A stretch of 64,000 nucleotides of DNA from Octopus vulgaris (GCA_951406725.2 OX597824.1:4216001-4280000); one strand, 5' to 3'. Positions 40,396 through 53,787 are shown, counted from the stretch's first letter. A program made the numbers and translations. Notes: generated from the sequence alone by a model not told the origin.

Positions 40396-40625
40396 AGGCG
40401 GCGAGCTAGTAGAAACGTTAGAATGCCAGGTGAAATGCTTAGCAGTATTTCATCTATGTTCTGAGTTCAAATTCCACCGAGGTCGACTTTGCCTTTCATC
40501 CTTTCGGGGTCGATTAAATAAGTACCAGTTACGCACTGGGGTTGATATATAATCAACTTAATCTGTTTGTCTGTCCTTGTTTGTCCCCTCTGTGTGTAGC
40601 CCCTTGTCGGCAGTAAAGAAATAAG
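40396..40625 (+). mobile_element. SINE family A
   Basis: Full-length copy flanked by the direct repeat 'gactgaacccata' (about 40383 and 40625), a probable target-site duplication. Confidence 0.9.
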
Positions 40626-41171
40626 ACTGAACCCATAAGGGTTTAGTCCATTCGTGGGCAACATGTGGCCTGCAGGATATTCTGAATGACATAATCAACA
40701 AAAAGCCACCTTGAGTATATGAAGTAGTGCAGCCCAGCTGACGATGAACAATATCCTATGCAGTGTCCACTTGTTGTAAAAGGCTGCCCACGCCTGGCTT
40801 AGTTGGTTAAGTGACTGGACTTGGACACTGGTTTGGCTAAGCAAATCAATGGAGTACAAAGCTGCTCTCCAATAGCTGAAACGAGGGAGAAAAAAATAAA
40901 AAGAATAGGTGTATGCCAAAAGAACAGTAGTCGAGTGAGTAAAGGTGTGTATTCCACTGCTTCAGTGCAACAAGTGCTACTCATGCAATTAGCAGGAGGG
41001 AAATATTGATCATACTGCAGCAGGCTGCAAAATGTCAGCTCAGAAAGAATACAAGCCATCACATGACAAGTTTTGCCTTGATTTACATTGGTCACTCTGA
41101 CAAAGGAAATATGGACAGGACTGTTCAGACTAGTGATTCTAAATGACCCTTGTAAGGGATAATTTCCATGG

Positions 41172-41333
41172 GTGTAGGAGTAGCTGTGTGGTAAGTAGCT
41201 TGCTTACCAGCCACATGGTTCGAGGTTCAGTCCCACTGCATGGCACCTTGGGCAAGTGTCTTCTACTGTAGCATCGGGCTGACCAAAGCTTGTGAGTTGA
41301 TTCGGTAGACAAAAATTGAAAAAAGCCTGTCAT

Positions 41334-41386
<53 letters not shown>

Positions 41387-41472
41387 CACACAGAAAAGTG
41401 ATGTTGGGACAAACACAAACATCCACAGAAACACACACACACATATATATATATATGGATTTATATATATGG

Positions 41473-41532
<60 letters not shown>

Positions 41533-41805
41533 ATTTATATATATATATATATATATAAATCCATATATATATATATGTGTGTGTGTGTGTTGTTTCTGTG
41601 GATGTTTGTGTTTGTCCCCCCAACATCACTTGACAACCTATGCTGGTGTGTTTACATCCCCATAACTTGGCAGTTTGGCAAAAGAGACTGACAGAATATG
41701 TACTAGGCTTACAAAGAATATATCCTGGTGTTGATTTGCTCGACAAAAGACGCTGCTCCAGCATGGCCACAGTCAAGTGACGGAAACAAATAAAAGAGTA
41801 AAAGA
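41172..41805 (+). mobile_element. SINE family B with internal inverted duplication
   Basis: Family head and tail are intact; the internal (TA)n region contains the palindrome 41396-41631. Confidence 0.85.
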
Positions 41806-41845
41806 ATGGGATTTTGACATTCAGATAGATCAATCAAACATCATG

Positions 41846-41888
<43 letters not shown>

Positions 41889-41914
41889 CAGAGAGAGAGA
41901 GAGGGAGAGAATCT

Positions 41915-42195
41915 CTGGTAGTAGATGCTGTAATTCCTTCAGACAAACAGAATACTGGGAGAGAAGTAGGAAAGATCATGAGATGCTGGATGGAAAATAA
42001 GGATATCAAGAAAGTGACGATACCCAGCAGTAAAAGTGAACATTTACTGCTTTTTATCAGAGCATTAAGTTCGATTTAAACAACAAAACTCTCAAACCAC
42101 CAGGAATAGCTGGACATCAAGATTGACATTTGAGGGCTCTACAACTCTTCTTTCTCGAGATTAGCTCATATTCTTAGAAAGGCATTTTCTGTTTT
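41915..42195 (+). mobile_element. degenerate RLE-LINE C-terminal fragment
   Basis: VVDAVIPSD...REVGKI and IRALSSI...LAHILRKAFSV resemble the RLE endonuclease and C-terminal motifs. Confidence 0.45.
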
Positions 42196-43100
42196 CAGCC
42201 TTTTGTGAAGGCTTCACAGTCAGCATGAAGGAAGAAAAACACAGAAACTAGTATTTTATAAGCACACTGGGCAATAAATTGAAAAGAACAATGGTTTTTG
42301 ACTTGGGCACAAAACCAGCAGTTTTGAAGCATGGGGTTAGTCAATACTATCAGCTCCAGTATGTGACTGGGTACATTGCAGACTATGGAGGGATGAAAGG
42401 CAAAGCTGACTTCAATGAGAATTGAACTCGGAATGTAAAGAGCTGAGAAAAATACTACAAGGTATCTTTCTGGCACTCTCCTGATTCTGTCAGCTTGTAG
42501 CTTTTATGCTGCTGCTACTACTACTACTACTACTACTGATGATGATGATGATGATGATGACACACAGACAGCAATTTTAAAAGGCAGGGAGAGTAGTTGA
42601 CACTATTGCCCCTAGTATTTCGCTGGTACTTAATTTTATGAATCATGGAGAGATGGAAAGCAAAGTTGATTTTGGTCGAAGTTGAATTCAGAATGTAAAA
42701 CAGTTGGAATAATTGCAGAACTGTATTTTTTTTATTTCTTATCCCAAAGCTTTAACAATTCTGTCAGCCACAATAATATTGTTATTTTCCTACCCGAGAA
42801 ATCTTTCCTTATCAGCAACAACGGAGAATTTAATATTTACAGAGAAGTAATACAAGCGGAAATATTAGTGTGGGTGAAACATTCTTACATTGATCAACAT
42901 GCATGCGTTGTGTATTATATCATTCACAAACACTAGCGTAGCTAGAGTGTGTGCCACCCAGGGCAGCCCTTCAGTTTACCGCCCCTGAACCCCACAAAAA
43001 ACACATATTGCCTACAGCAGATCCAAAAGTGTGCCCCTTTAAAAATGCTGCCCCCTGACCCCACCTGCTTGCTAGGCAAGTACTTACAAGGGAAAACCTA

Positions 43101-43426
43101 CAGTTATATATTTAAAAGATGAGGAATTATGTACACTATTTACATTTGACGGATATTTGTCCTCATCATTAATACATCCAATGTTTTGGCTGATATACCC
43201 CCCAGCCTTCATCAGGTGTCTTGGGGAAATTTCGATCCTTGGTTCTCATTCCTAAGGTATTTTTTGATGTTATTGTTATTATTATTATTGTTGTTGTTGT
43301 TAATATTATCATCATCATTACTCAGGTCACTGCCTGGAATCAAACTCGGAATCTTGGGGTTAGTAGCCTGCGCTCTTAGCAACTATGCCATATGCCCGTG
43401 GGCATATGTAAATAATGTAAATCATG
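43101..43426 (-). mobile_element. tRNA-headed, hammerhead-containing element (family H1) with 16-bp TSD
   Basis: Flanked by tacaagggaaaaccta (43085-43100 and 43427-43442). tRNA-like head at about 43325-43402. CUGAUGA-A-GGCUG...CAGCC-AAAA motif at about 43180-43220. Confidence 0.8.
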
Positions 43427-44467
43427 TACAAGGGAAAACCTATTTAGAGATGTTTATTCTTGTGACTTTTTGCCTAATGAAGAAGGCTAAGATGGCAATG
43501 TGACAACCTTAAATGCCAGAGTAAAATCAATGGTTGAAGTTCTGCAATTTCACAATGGCACTTACTGAGTGGTCGATATGTTGAAATATCAAGTATAGCG
43601 CCATAAATTGCTTCGTACAAAACTACAGAACGGTTTTACTAATTCAGTTATAAATACATGTACAATATGTGTGTGCGTGCATGTGTGTGGGTGTGTGAGA
43701 GAGCATGTGTATCTATATGTTTGTCCCCTACCACCACTTTGACAACCATTGTTGGTTTATTTACATCCCTGTGACTAAGTGATTCAGGCTTTAATAAAAA
43801 ATAATTACTGGGGTTCATTTGTTTGACTAAAACTCTTCAAAGTGCTGCCCCAACATGGTTGCAGTCCAATGACTGAAACATGTAAAAGATAAAAGACACA
43901 CACACACACATATATAGGCCTGTTTGCAAAAACTTTTTTTGGAAATGTTTTTGTTTATGGGGATATGTTATCTGAGCGGGCACCAGTTTTGTGTTATTAC
44001 CAATTGATAATTCTGGTTATCGTTCATGTGCTTATGTACTGTTTGTGGTTGGTTAGTTTGAATGTCATGTCGGCAAAAGAGAAGAACTTAATATGACTGC
44101 AGAATGATTAAAAAGTGAATATTCTACATGTATTCTCCGTTTCCTTTAAACTATTATATATGTATATATATACATATATGAGTATATGTATATATATATA
44201 TATATATAATAGGTTGGTGGGTGACCAGCAGAATCAGAGGACCACAGGACGAAATACTCAGCTGTATTTGACTATGTCCCTTTATGTTCTGCTTTGAAAT
44301 CTGACCAAGTCCACTTCACCTATCTTATATACACACATATATATATATACAAATATACATATATATATATATACATATATACACACATATATACATATAT
44401 ATATACATACATATATATATACACATACATATACAAATATATATACATGCATACATACATACATATA

Positions 44468-44539
<72 letters not shown>

Positions 44540-44542
<3 letters not shown>

Positions 44543-44778
44543 GGTGGCCCAAAAGTAGGTATACATTTATTCAACTCTCTTTCGCATTCATATATTAATA
44601 GTTTAGATCTTAATTATAAAAAAAAATATGAAACCCTTATTCTAGGCTAATTCAGTTAATTTTATCAAGCTCCCTTTTCAGTTTGTACGATAGAAATTTA
44701 AATGTAACAAAATGTTTTAAAAGAAATTTATAGTGCCTACGTGATTAATAACTGTAGACCTACTTTTGGGACACCCTG
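44540..44778. mobile_element. Tc1/mariner-type MITE
   Basis: 26-bp TIRs CAGGGTGGCCCAAAAGTAGGTATACA / CAGGGTGTCCCAAAAGTAGGTCTACA (24/26 match), with TA on both flanks. Confidence 0.92.
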
Positions 44779-44934
44779 TACGTACACACACACACACACA
44801 CATCTATATATATATATATATATATATATATCACTCATCATGACTAAAAATTGTTAGTTAATAAGATATAAAGTTTAAAAAAATTTTTAGTTCAGTATTT
44901 GAAATGACTGCTATAATATCAATACGCCAATACT

Positions 44935-45251
44935 CAGAGGTGGACTGGGTCTAAAAATATTGGTTGCCAGGAGACTAAGGGGCCCCACCCGCAACTACAA
45001 GGGGGCACACGCGTAACTATAATGCTATCATTTAATCTTTTTTTTTTTGTTTTGTTAAAAGTATTCTTTTCAACTGCCTACAAACACAGCCAGGCTGAAA
45101 TAATGCATTCTTCCAGGAGTGAATTAAAAAATTCTCAAACTTGTGGAGATAGGCTCCTTAGATACTAACATGGGCCCCCATATATGGATTCTAATGGCAC
45201 AGGGGCCCACTTGTCATTGGGCAAGCTGGCAACCTGGCCAGTCTGCCACTG
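44935..45251. mobile_element. hAT-type non-autonomous element
   Basis: Imperfect TIRs CAGAGGTGGACTGG / CAGTGGCAGACTGG and an exact 8-bp TSD ccaatact (44927-44934, 45252-45259). Confidence 0.9.
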
Positions 45252-47309
45252 CCAATACTGTGTCAATACTAATGATGTAATTATACCTATCCTTCTTTAT
45301 CATTGAAAACCAACATTTAAATTCATTACTTTTCTGTTACACAAAACTGATTCAATTTGGCATATTTTCCTTGATAGAATTTCCTTGCAATTCCTTTGCC
45401 TTTGTCACATTTTATTCTTGTTCATCTCAACTCTTCCTGTTTACCAATGATAAATTCATAAAACAAACTCAGTTGCCTTCAAGCAATGATTTTTATATTT
45501 TGTTTAGATTTAACCCTTTTCATATGAAACCACCTCAGACTGTCCTAGTTCTATGATCTAAATTAAACCTCGCATCAAAATTTCATGTCAATTTATATCC
45601 AAAATTGAGCTTAATACATTCTACTAAATTTTACCGAATTCTTCATTATTTTCAAAATTAATTGAAACAAAAACAGTGTATTTCAATAAAAAATATGGTA
45701 AAAGATTGGATGTTATGTTAATTGGAATCAGTTGGCAGGAAATAATGTCGAGTCCAAATGTACACAACTGATTTTTGTTTGTGCTCATTTTCCATTAAAG
45801 AATCTACAGGTTGTGAATTCTTAGGCAATGATTTAGAATGTAAACCAAAATTTGTATATTCAGTTTTCACTTTCTCCTTCTTCACGTTATGTCTTTGTAG
45901 AATTATTTCTCGTTTGTCCAAAAAAGTATTTAAGAAACATGATTTTTCTTAGTTTTCATTGCTTTGCTCTATATATCCCGTCTTTCTTATGTTCTGTGAT
46001 TATTTTCACATGCTGCTCTCAAATCACTAAACTCCAGAATTTCTTTGCTTAATTATTTCAACTCTGGTTGTCTCTTGAAGCAGATTCTCCACCCAAATGC
46101 TTTGTAGAACGTGTCAAACATATCTTTTAAGAATTATACAAAAATTAAATTATCTAAAAAACCACCTGTCAAACTTTTACATTATTTTAAGAAAGATTTT
46201 TACAAGGATTAGAAATCCACTGAATTTCCAGAATTATATTTATTTGAACTATACAAAATAAGTCTTGATTCATGATCTTGACTCTTGACTCATGATAACC
46301 TACATGATCCTAAAGGCCCTGTTACTCAAGAGATGCAACTGATTCACTTTATCAGCATTTTTGACAGAAATGAAGGCACAAAACTGGAATGTGGAACTTA
46401 TTCCCTGTGCCTAAACCATTTGGTAATGCATTGCACCTTCCAGCACACTGTTTGAATTGTGTGTGTGTGTGTGTACATATATAACACCAATTCTCCAGCA
46501 GATGGCAGTGCTCAGCATGGCTACAGCTTTTGAGCTGAAACTATTGTGGTGTAACAGAGGCAAGGTGGTGGAGTTCCTTTCAAACAGGCTTCACCAAGGC
46601 AAGGTGGGTGAGTTCCTTTTGAGCATTAGGCCTCATGGAAGCAAAGTGGCTGAGCTCCTAGACCACATGGAGGCAAAATGGCTGAGTCCCTGGGCCACAT
46701 GGAGGCAAAGTGGCTGAGTTCCTTTCGAGTGTTGGGCTTCACAGAGGTGAGATGGCTGAGTTCCTTTCAAACAGGCCTCACAGAGGCAATGACCAAGACC
46801 TTTGGCATCATGGTGCAGCCTTCCAGTGTGCCAACCCAGTCCAACTATCTGACCCATGCCAGCATGGACTATAAACACTAAATGATGATGATGATGATGA
46901 TGATGATGATATATAGTTATGGTATATTCTGCTAAGAATGCAGGGAAACTGTTGCATAATAAAGTACCTGCACACCTGGAAACCTGCATTGCATGAAAAC
47001 AATTGTAGTGATTAAAAAGTAAATGTCCAACCATACCCCTTCTTGCTGACTCCAATTTTTTCAATTATTTATTTATTTATACGTATGTATGTATGTACAA
47101 ATGTATGTATGTATGTATGTATGTATGTATGTGTGTATGTGTGTATGCATGCATGTATGTATGTATGTATGTATGTATGTATGTATGTATGTATGTATGT
47201 ATGTATGCATGTACATTCAGGTATGGTCATGTGGCTGAAAAGTTCATTTGGCAGTCTTGTGGTTCTGGGTTTGATTTCACTGTGCAACTCATTGGATCAA
47301 TCAAAGATT

Positions 47310-47600
47310 TATGATAGGAAGATGGGTGGCATGCGTATCCGATGGGGTTGGACAGAGGAAGTATTCAACAAGCGAGTTGAGAGGGGCAGAAGTCACTGTA
47401 GCAGTGATAGGATAGGGGGTGGGGTGAGGATACAGCTCACCTGTGGCTCAGATCATGTCTAAGTGTATCAGGGAGTGAGTCATTGCTAATGTGTAGTCGC
47501 GGCAGTAGTATTGCCACAAAGGATTTGTTGTATGGTAGGCAGGGTGTTTGGTGATTCCACTTCACTTACTCATGGCACAGAACTTGCTGATCCCTGGTAT
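47310..47600 (-). mobile_element. degraded CR1/L2-type LINE ORF2 3' fragment
   Basis: DLSHR*AVSSPHPLSYHCYSDFCPSQLAC resembles 'LxHRRAVSSLxLFYRYYxGxCSSELA'. Confidence 0.45.
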
Positions 47601-47669
47601 GATTTAATTCTCATCATTTATTTATGCAAGGATAAAGTTATCAATGGGATTATTTGAGAACTTACACAA

Positions 47670-48192
47670 GTGTATGTATGTATGTATGTATGTGTGTGTG
47701 TGTGTATATATACATACATATATATAAGTATATATACGTATACATATATATAAGTATATATACGTATACATATATATATATACACACATACACATATATA
47801 TGTATATATACGTATACATATATATGTACACATATATATACATATATATATATGTACACATACACATATATATATACATACATATATATATACATGCATA
47901 TATATATATATATATATATACATACATATACATACATATATACATACATACACATATATACATACATATATATACATACATACATACAAATATATATACA
48001 TATATATACATACACATATATATGTACATATATATATATACATATATATACATACACATATATATGTACATATATATATATATATACATACATACATACA
48101 TACATACATAAATAAATACATACATGCATACATATATACATACATACGTACATACATACGTACATACATACATACATACACACATATATATA
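47670..48192. repeat. compound (TA)n/(TACA)n microsatellite (similar tracts at ~500-790, 44325-44539, 50560-50790, 53465-53785)
   Basis: Seen directly; source of the YI/MCVC ORFs. Confidence 0.97.
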
Positions 48193-48371
48193 TCCACTGG
48201 CCAGTTAATCTACAGTCACTCTAATATGCAATGGATCAATTAATATGACATTGACTACATTAATTAGTAAGCTTAATACTCAATCAAGAAATAATAATGT
48301 TATTATACTTTATTCTAATGAACGTCTGAATTGGATTTTAATGAAAATACTGAACTAAGTTTCACCACTCA

Positions 48372-48499
48372 ATGCCAAATATCTCTTTACACGTATTTAT
48401 GTGTACCACCAGATATCAAGGATATAATTACCCAATTTGCAAATGGCTGAAACCTGATATTATTATATCTCCACTGGTAATTAAATGCCGTAGTGACAG
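48372..48499 (+). CDS. candidate exon 1 of a plus-strand unknown gene, MPNISLHVFMCTTRYQGYNYPICKWLKPDIIISPLVIKCRSD(R)
   Basis: 42 open codons in exactly the phase needed by exon 49067; strong donor CAG|gtaaga. Confidence 0.4.
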
Positions 48500-49066
48500 G
48501 TAAGACTAAAAAAAATATTTTTCAATGTAAATAAAAGTAAAACATAAAATAAAAAGAAATAAGTAGGGGGGGGGGCGGAATTAAAAGCATTAGATTTTGT
48601 TTCCAAATGAGAAAACACAAGCATTGCTAAAATGGTTGATTAAAATCTTTGATTTAAAATCAATAGAATTTGGTAGAAGATTGTAGCAAACAAAGGATGA
48701 GCCGAGGAAAGCTTTGAATGAAGGAATCAGTGCTGACCAGAGTGACTCTGTTATGTACTGAAGAGGTAAAGGCTAACGATACCGAAAAACCAAACAATGC
48801 TTTCTCAACAAACACGCTGATTAAGAGATGTTCGAAAAACAATCATTACTTGGACACATTGGGATTTTTCTTTTTGTTCTTCCTCCTATCGGAACTTTTA
48901 CATTATCCAGAATTGTCAGCAAACATCAAAATGGAAGAAAAGAAAAACAAAAAAAAAAAACAGAATATAAACATTCCTTTGAATTCTCGTGTTCCGTCGA
49001 TCCTTTTCCAACAAACAATGGGTAGCAAGAGAAAAAGTAAAGATTGTCTCATCTGTTGCCTTTCAG

Positions 49067-49095
49067 ATTATTCAGGAAAGAATGTTCCTTGAGAG
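49067..49095 (+). CDS. candidate 29-nt exon LFRKECSLR
   Basis: ttgcctttcag| acceptor and GAG|gtgagt donor. Confidence 0.45.
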
Positions 49096-49181
49096 GTGAG
49101 TAATCGAAAACAAAAGACAAATTAGAAAACCAAGCCAGCAACTAACAACGTTTATTCTTCTTTCTTTCTTCTGTTTTGCAG

Positions 49182-49199
49182 TCATTAATCCATGCTTGC
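49182..49199 (+). CDS. candidate 18-nt micro-exon (V)INPCL
   Basis: Branch site ACTAAC at 49141, long pyrimidine tract, ttttgcag| acceptor, TGC|gtaagt donor and an 86-bp upstream intron. Confidence 0.55.
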
Positions 49200-49718
49200 G
49201 TAAGTGACAAAATTCTTCTTAGAACAATTGTTTTTTACAACTGGATGCTCTTCCTGCTGTTAACCAGTCAACCAAATGCCAGATACAGCTTTCCTTAGCC
49301 AGTCAAACTCAAGCTAAATTATGTACCTTGCTGAAGTGGGCTATGGATGCTGCTGCTACTTTGCTGTACATGTTTTCTTATGGTAGTCTGGACTGAGTTG
49401 GAGAGACTGAGTTGGCTTTAAAATGATGTAGTAGTGTTCCGGAGGGCATAGCCATAGAAGTCTGTGTGTTTAAGTGTAATTATGTATGTAGTGATGGGAA
49501 CTTTGAGTTGTGTGTGTGTGTGTGTGTGTGTAGGTTATAAGAGATAATGGTGTCATTGAGACCCGAAGGTGTCAGGTAATGCTGAATAAGTGCTATAGAC
49601 AGACCATAGTTAAGTTCCAGATTTGGTAATATTGTGAATAAAGGGTTGACGCTGACATATATATATATATATACATACTGACACACACACATGTATATAT
49701 ATACACACACATAGATAT

Positions 49719-49753
<35 letters not shown>

Positions 49754-50789
49754 ATGGCAGGTCAAGAGAAAATCAGTGATAGATAGTGGTAACAATAACT
49801 TGTGTAGAGAGAATGGTGGCTTGTACAAAGTTACAACACAGAACAAAAAAGAAAGTAGATAATTCTCTCATCTTGAAAGAGTCTGTAAAATTTCTGCAAC
49901 CATCCTCCATAGTCATGATATAATGATTATCAAGACAACACGGCAATGCCCATATGAATTAAATTTATTAATAAATGATAATCATTAATGACTTTTCAAA
50001 TTAACATTTCCCCCCCTTGTTACATGTTGTGATGAGAAATAGGGATACAAAATATAAAAGAAAGAAAGAAAGAAAGAAAAGAGAATAACTGGTATAAACA
50101 TCATCTTTAAATAAATGAAATAATAGATTTAGTAACATAACAAATACACTCACTGATATCCATGTGATATAGCTCTGTTATCTCACAGCAATATGGTTTC
50201 AGTAGCATTATATCTAACTTGTTTTCCTATTGAGATAAAATTGTGTTCATATAGAAGCCAATATCATATGATTTATATGCTAGCAAAGATGTATACAGGC
50301 AGTGCATGCATACACACACATGCGTGTATACATTCTGGCATTATGTAGAGATAAATGTATGATGTATGTGTTAAGGTCTTTATGTGCATATGTGTATGAT
50401 GATGATGATGATGATGATAAGATGACTATTAAATCTATTCCATGAATATCGGAAATGACAATCACAAATATGTACATTTGTATGTTTGCATGCATACAAG
50501 CATACATATATTACACTTCTGCTTGGTGCATGATTGTTGCACGCATGCGTGTGTGAGTGCATATGTATGTATGCAAGCATGTATGTAAGCATGTATGCAT
50601 GAAAGCATGCATGTATGTATTATGTATGTATATATTATGTATGTATGTGTGTATGTATGTATGTATGTATGTATGTATGTATTATGTATGTATATATCTA
50701 TCTATGTATGTATGTATTATGTATGTATATATGTATGTATGTATATATTATGTATGTATGTATGTATGTATGTATTATGTATGTAAGTA

Positions 50790-51330
50790 TTAAAAGTTGA
50801 TCCAGAATTGAATTCCCCTAAAGTTTTACAACAGTGAAAAACACCAAAAATGAGTCTGATATAGTGATAAAAATTATTCTAGAAACTATTACTGTTAGGA
50901 TTAAACAAATAACTAATTTACCATTCTCTAATAATATTTTTGTAGTTAATTGGTTTAAGAATAACGATCATAGATTCACATAAATTTATTGAGTTCAATA
51001 TCACTGCATTTTATTTCTTGACAAATGAATATCTACATTAAAAGGCCAGAGTTTTCCCTCCAAATCACATTCTAATCAACGATTTTAATGTCAGTGATAA
51101 TGACTTCTGGTTAAAAAGGATGACACTTTTGATGTAGCTATGGAAGCTGGGACTGCTGAAATTTCCAGGCATATTGATCCTGGCATTTTACATCTGTTTC
51201 ATAAAATGTTTGATAATTTGCAGCCTGGTTTATATCAAAATGATGGGCTTATTAGCACACAAAGTATGAATGCCCAACATCTAGACAAATATAAAAAGAA
51301 TTTTGTATGCATTAAAAACTTTTAGGATAT
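50790..51330 (+). mobile_element. degenerate Penelope-like element reverse transcriptase fragment
   Basis: Ordered motifs IILE, NWFKN, HKFIEFNITAFY (cf. FIQFDIxxFYPSI), VKKDDTFDVAMEAGTAEI (cf. FDVTMGSxDGAEV) and GLYQNDGL (cf. GLYRDDGL). Confidence 0.8.
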
Positions 51331-51895
51331 CACCAAGAACTTAAAGGCAAAAATGCTCATCATTTAAAGAATCAAATGAAACCTCTCTAGCCACTATTAA
51401 TAATTCAGTAAAAATGATTAGAAAGACAGAATGGACTAAACAGAACAGAAGGAGACACATGGGATGGAAGATTTACTGAAGAGGTCACAGGTGTGTGACA
51501 AAAGATTTCCAGGCAATAGACATAAGATAGAATAAGAACAATAATGAAGCAGTGAAGAATGAATGCATAGTGCGTGTGTTTATTTGTCAAGAAGCCAAAA
51601 ATGACCATCCCAAAATATAACAAGATAAGAATATGGTTGTCTAGTATTTCATTTGCTAATTAGCAAACCCTTATTATAACAATGTATTGAAACACAATGG
51701 TTTCACAAATGAAATTAATTGCAAAAATAAAAATAATTTTTTTGAGATGGAAAGACGGAAACTGTAAAATTATTTGGTTTAATTACCCATTCAGTCTTAA
51801 TGTGAGCTGAAAAATGTCTTCATTAGATAAATATTTTCTGAAAGATCCTAAGTTGTTACTTTACATAATTCTGTTAGAACATTAGCAAAACATTG

Positions 51896-52092
51896 CTTTC
51901 AAATTTTGGCCCAAGACCAGCGAGGTCGACAGAGGTGAGTAAGTAAGATTACATTGGCTCCAGTGCTCAACTGGCACTTGTTATATTGACCCCAAAAGGT
52001 TAAAAGGCAAAACCAACCTGAGAAAGTAAAGACAAATGAAATGCTGCTAAGCGTTCTGCCTAGCATGCAAACGATTCTGCCAGCTCACTGCT
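51896..52092 (-). mobile_element. SINE family A
   Basis: Reverse-complement match to the family. Confidence 0.75.
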
Positions 52093-52402
52093 CTTAACAT
52101 TAGCAAATATTCAGAATGAAAACTTCAAACGCATCTCTACATCCTGTTCTCCACATGAATGCAATTGTCTTAAGTCTTGAATTTACTATGAATTCATGCT
52201 TTTGAAAATGACTACCTGCTGTGCCTATTGTATTTACAATTGATAATCATGACTATTTTTGTTTCATAAAACTTCTTAAACATTCACACAAAAATAATAC
52301 ATTTTCTTTATAATCATAAATCAAAATACTTAATGAGATATTTTAAAATGCCCTATAATAGCACTTATAACAGCACCATGACAACTTAATTTCTTTTCTT
52401 AG

Positions 52403-52473
52403 TGAACACATTACAGCAAAATTTTTGGAGTAACAGGTCAAAGCTTCTTGTTCGAACTATTCTAAAACACCGA
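52403..52473 (+). CDS. candidate 71-nt exon (L)NTLQQNFWSNRSKLLVRTILKHR
   Basis: tttcttttcttag| acceptor, CGA|gtaagt donor, and the only open frame matches the phase of exon 49182-49199. Confidence 0.45.
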
Positions 52474-52869
52474 GTAAGTGGACTTTAGACTGGCCTGTTT
52501 AACATTGTTGCTAGATTTCAAACTCAGACTGCTTTATAACAACGGAGTTTCTTTTCCAAGCATAATTTAACATTTTTTTTTTAATTCCACAAACTAGAGT
52601 TTTCTTTTGGGCTATTCCACTATGCTTAATTGGTGGATTTTGGACAGTCTTCTTCACTGTGTTTTTTTGCTTTGTATGGTTTTTGATTGTCTCTGTTGAT
52701 AGATATCGGATGGCTTCTATTTAATTTATATCAAAATTTTAATATTTATTACTTTTGATGTCATATAGATGCTTAAATTTAATTAATTCACTTCATCTGT
52801 TATTTGAGAATTGGTAACTCCGAATTACAATTAGTGGGTTCCAACTTTTAGAAAATGTTAATATATTAA

Positions 52870-53062
52870 TACTATTATTATTATTATCATCATCATTGCC
52901 TTTGCACAGCTTCTAATGCTGGAGATGTACTACGGTGTCTGCTGTTTACTACAATTGGACAAAGGTAACACCTGTTATTTTTCAAGCACCTTCCGGAGTA
53001 TTCGAGCCATTCCAAGCAGTGCTGTTTTCTGCAGTGAACCAATGTGGAGCTCTCCTACCTTG
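52870..53062 (-). mobile_element. 5'-truncated RLE-LINE 3' end
   Basis: Minus translation ...LQKTALLGMARILRKVLEK* followed by a UTR and a (TGA/TAA)n tail. Confidence 0.8.
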
Positions 53063-53468
53063 ATTATAAATTTACTTATGTACCAATTATCAAAGCCGCA
53101 TTAGGCTATGTATCAACAGATTTACACAAAAACCTAGAAATACTAAATTTTTCAAAGAAAGAGAACAAAAACCTGACACACATTTTCCAGTTTCTATCTA
53201 TTAGCAGCACAGTGAAAATCTGTGAGATATTCAAAAGATTCTCCATCTGAGATTCTTTAAATGAATAGATGCACATGCTTGTTTGTGTGCATCAACGGTT
53301 CAAGCAATGCACCAACTCAATCACAAATTTACAAACACCAACAATTCTCTTAATTCAAAAAGTTTTGTCATTTTGTTAGTGACAGGCTTGAAATCTCGTA
53401 AGAAATCTAGAAGATAAGTGGACAGACAGGTGCTTGTCTATCTGTACATACATGCCTACACTCACATA

Positions 53469-53499
<31 letters not shown>

Positions 53500-53572
53500 T
53501 TATATATATTTATATACATATATATGTATATATATATATTTATATACATACATATATATATGTATATATATA

Positions 53573-53620
<48 letters not shown>

Positions 53621-53740
53621 TATGTGTATATATATATATATTTATATACATATATATGTATATATATATATATTTATATACATATATATGTATATATATA
53701 TATATATTTATATACATACATATATATATGTATATATATA

Positions 53741-53787
<47 letters not shown>

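Noticed and set aside
42931-43082. Possible degraded hAT MITE
   Set aside because: TIR match is only 11/15 and no TSD was found.
45718-46150. Minus ORF with coding-like composition
   Set aside because: The upstream continuation is broken by stops in all frames, and no convincing splice sites or motif were found.
48718-49092. 124-aa plus ORF
   Set aside because: No recognisable motif, runs through poly-A/T tracts, and overlaps what looks like intron or promoter sequence with internal splice sites.
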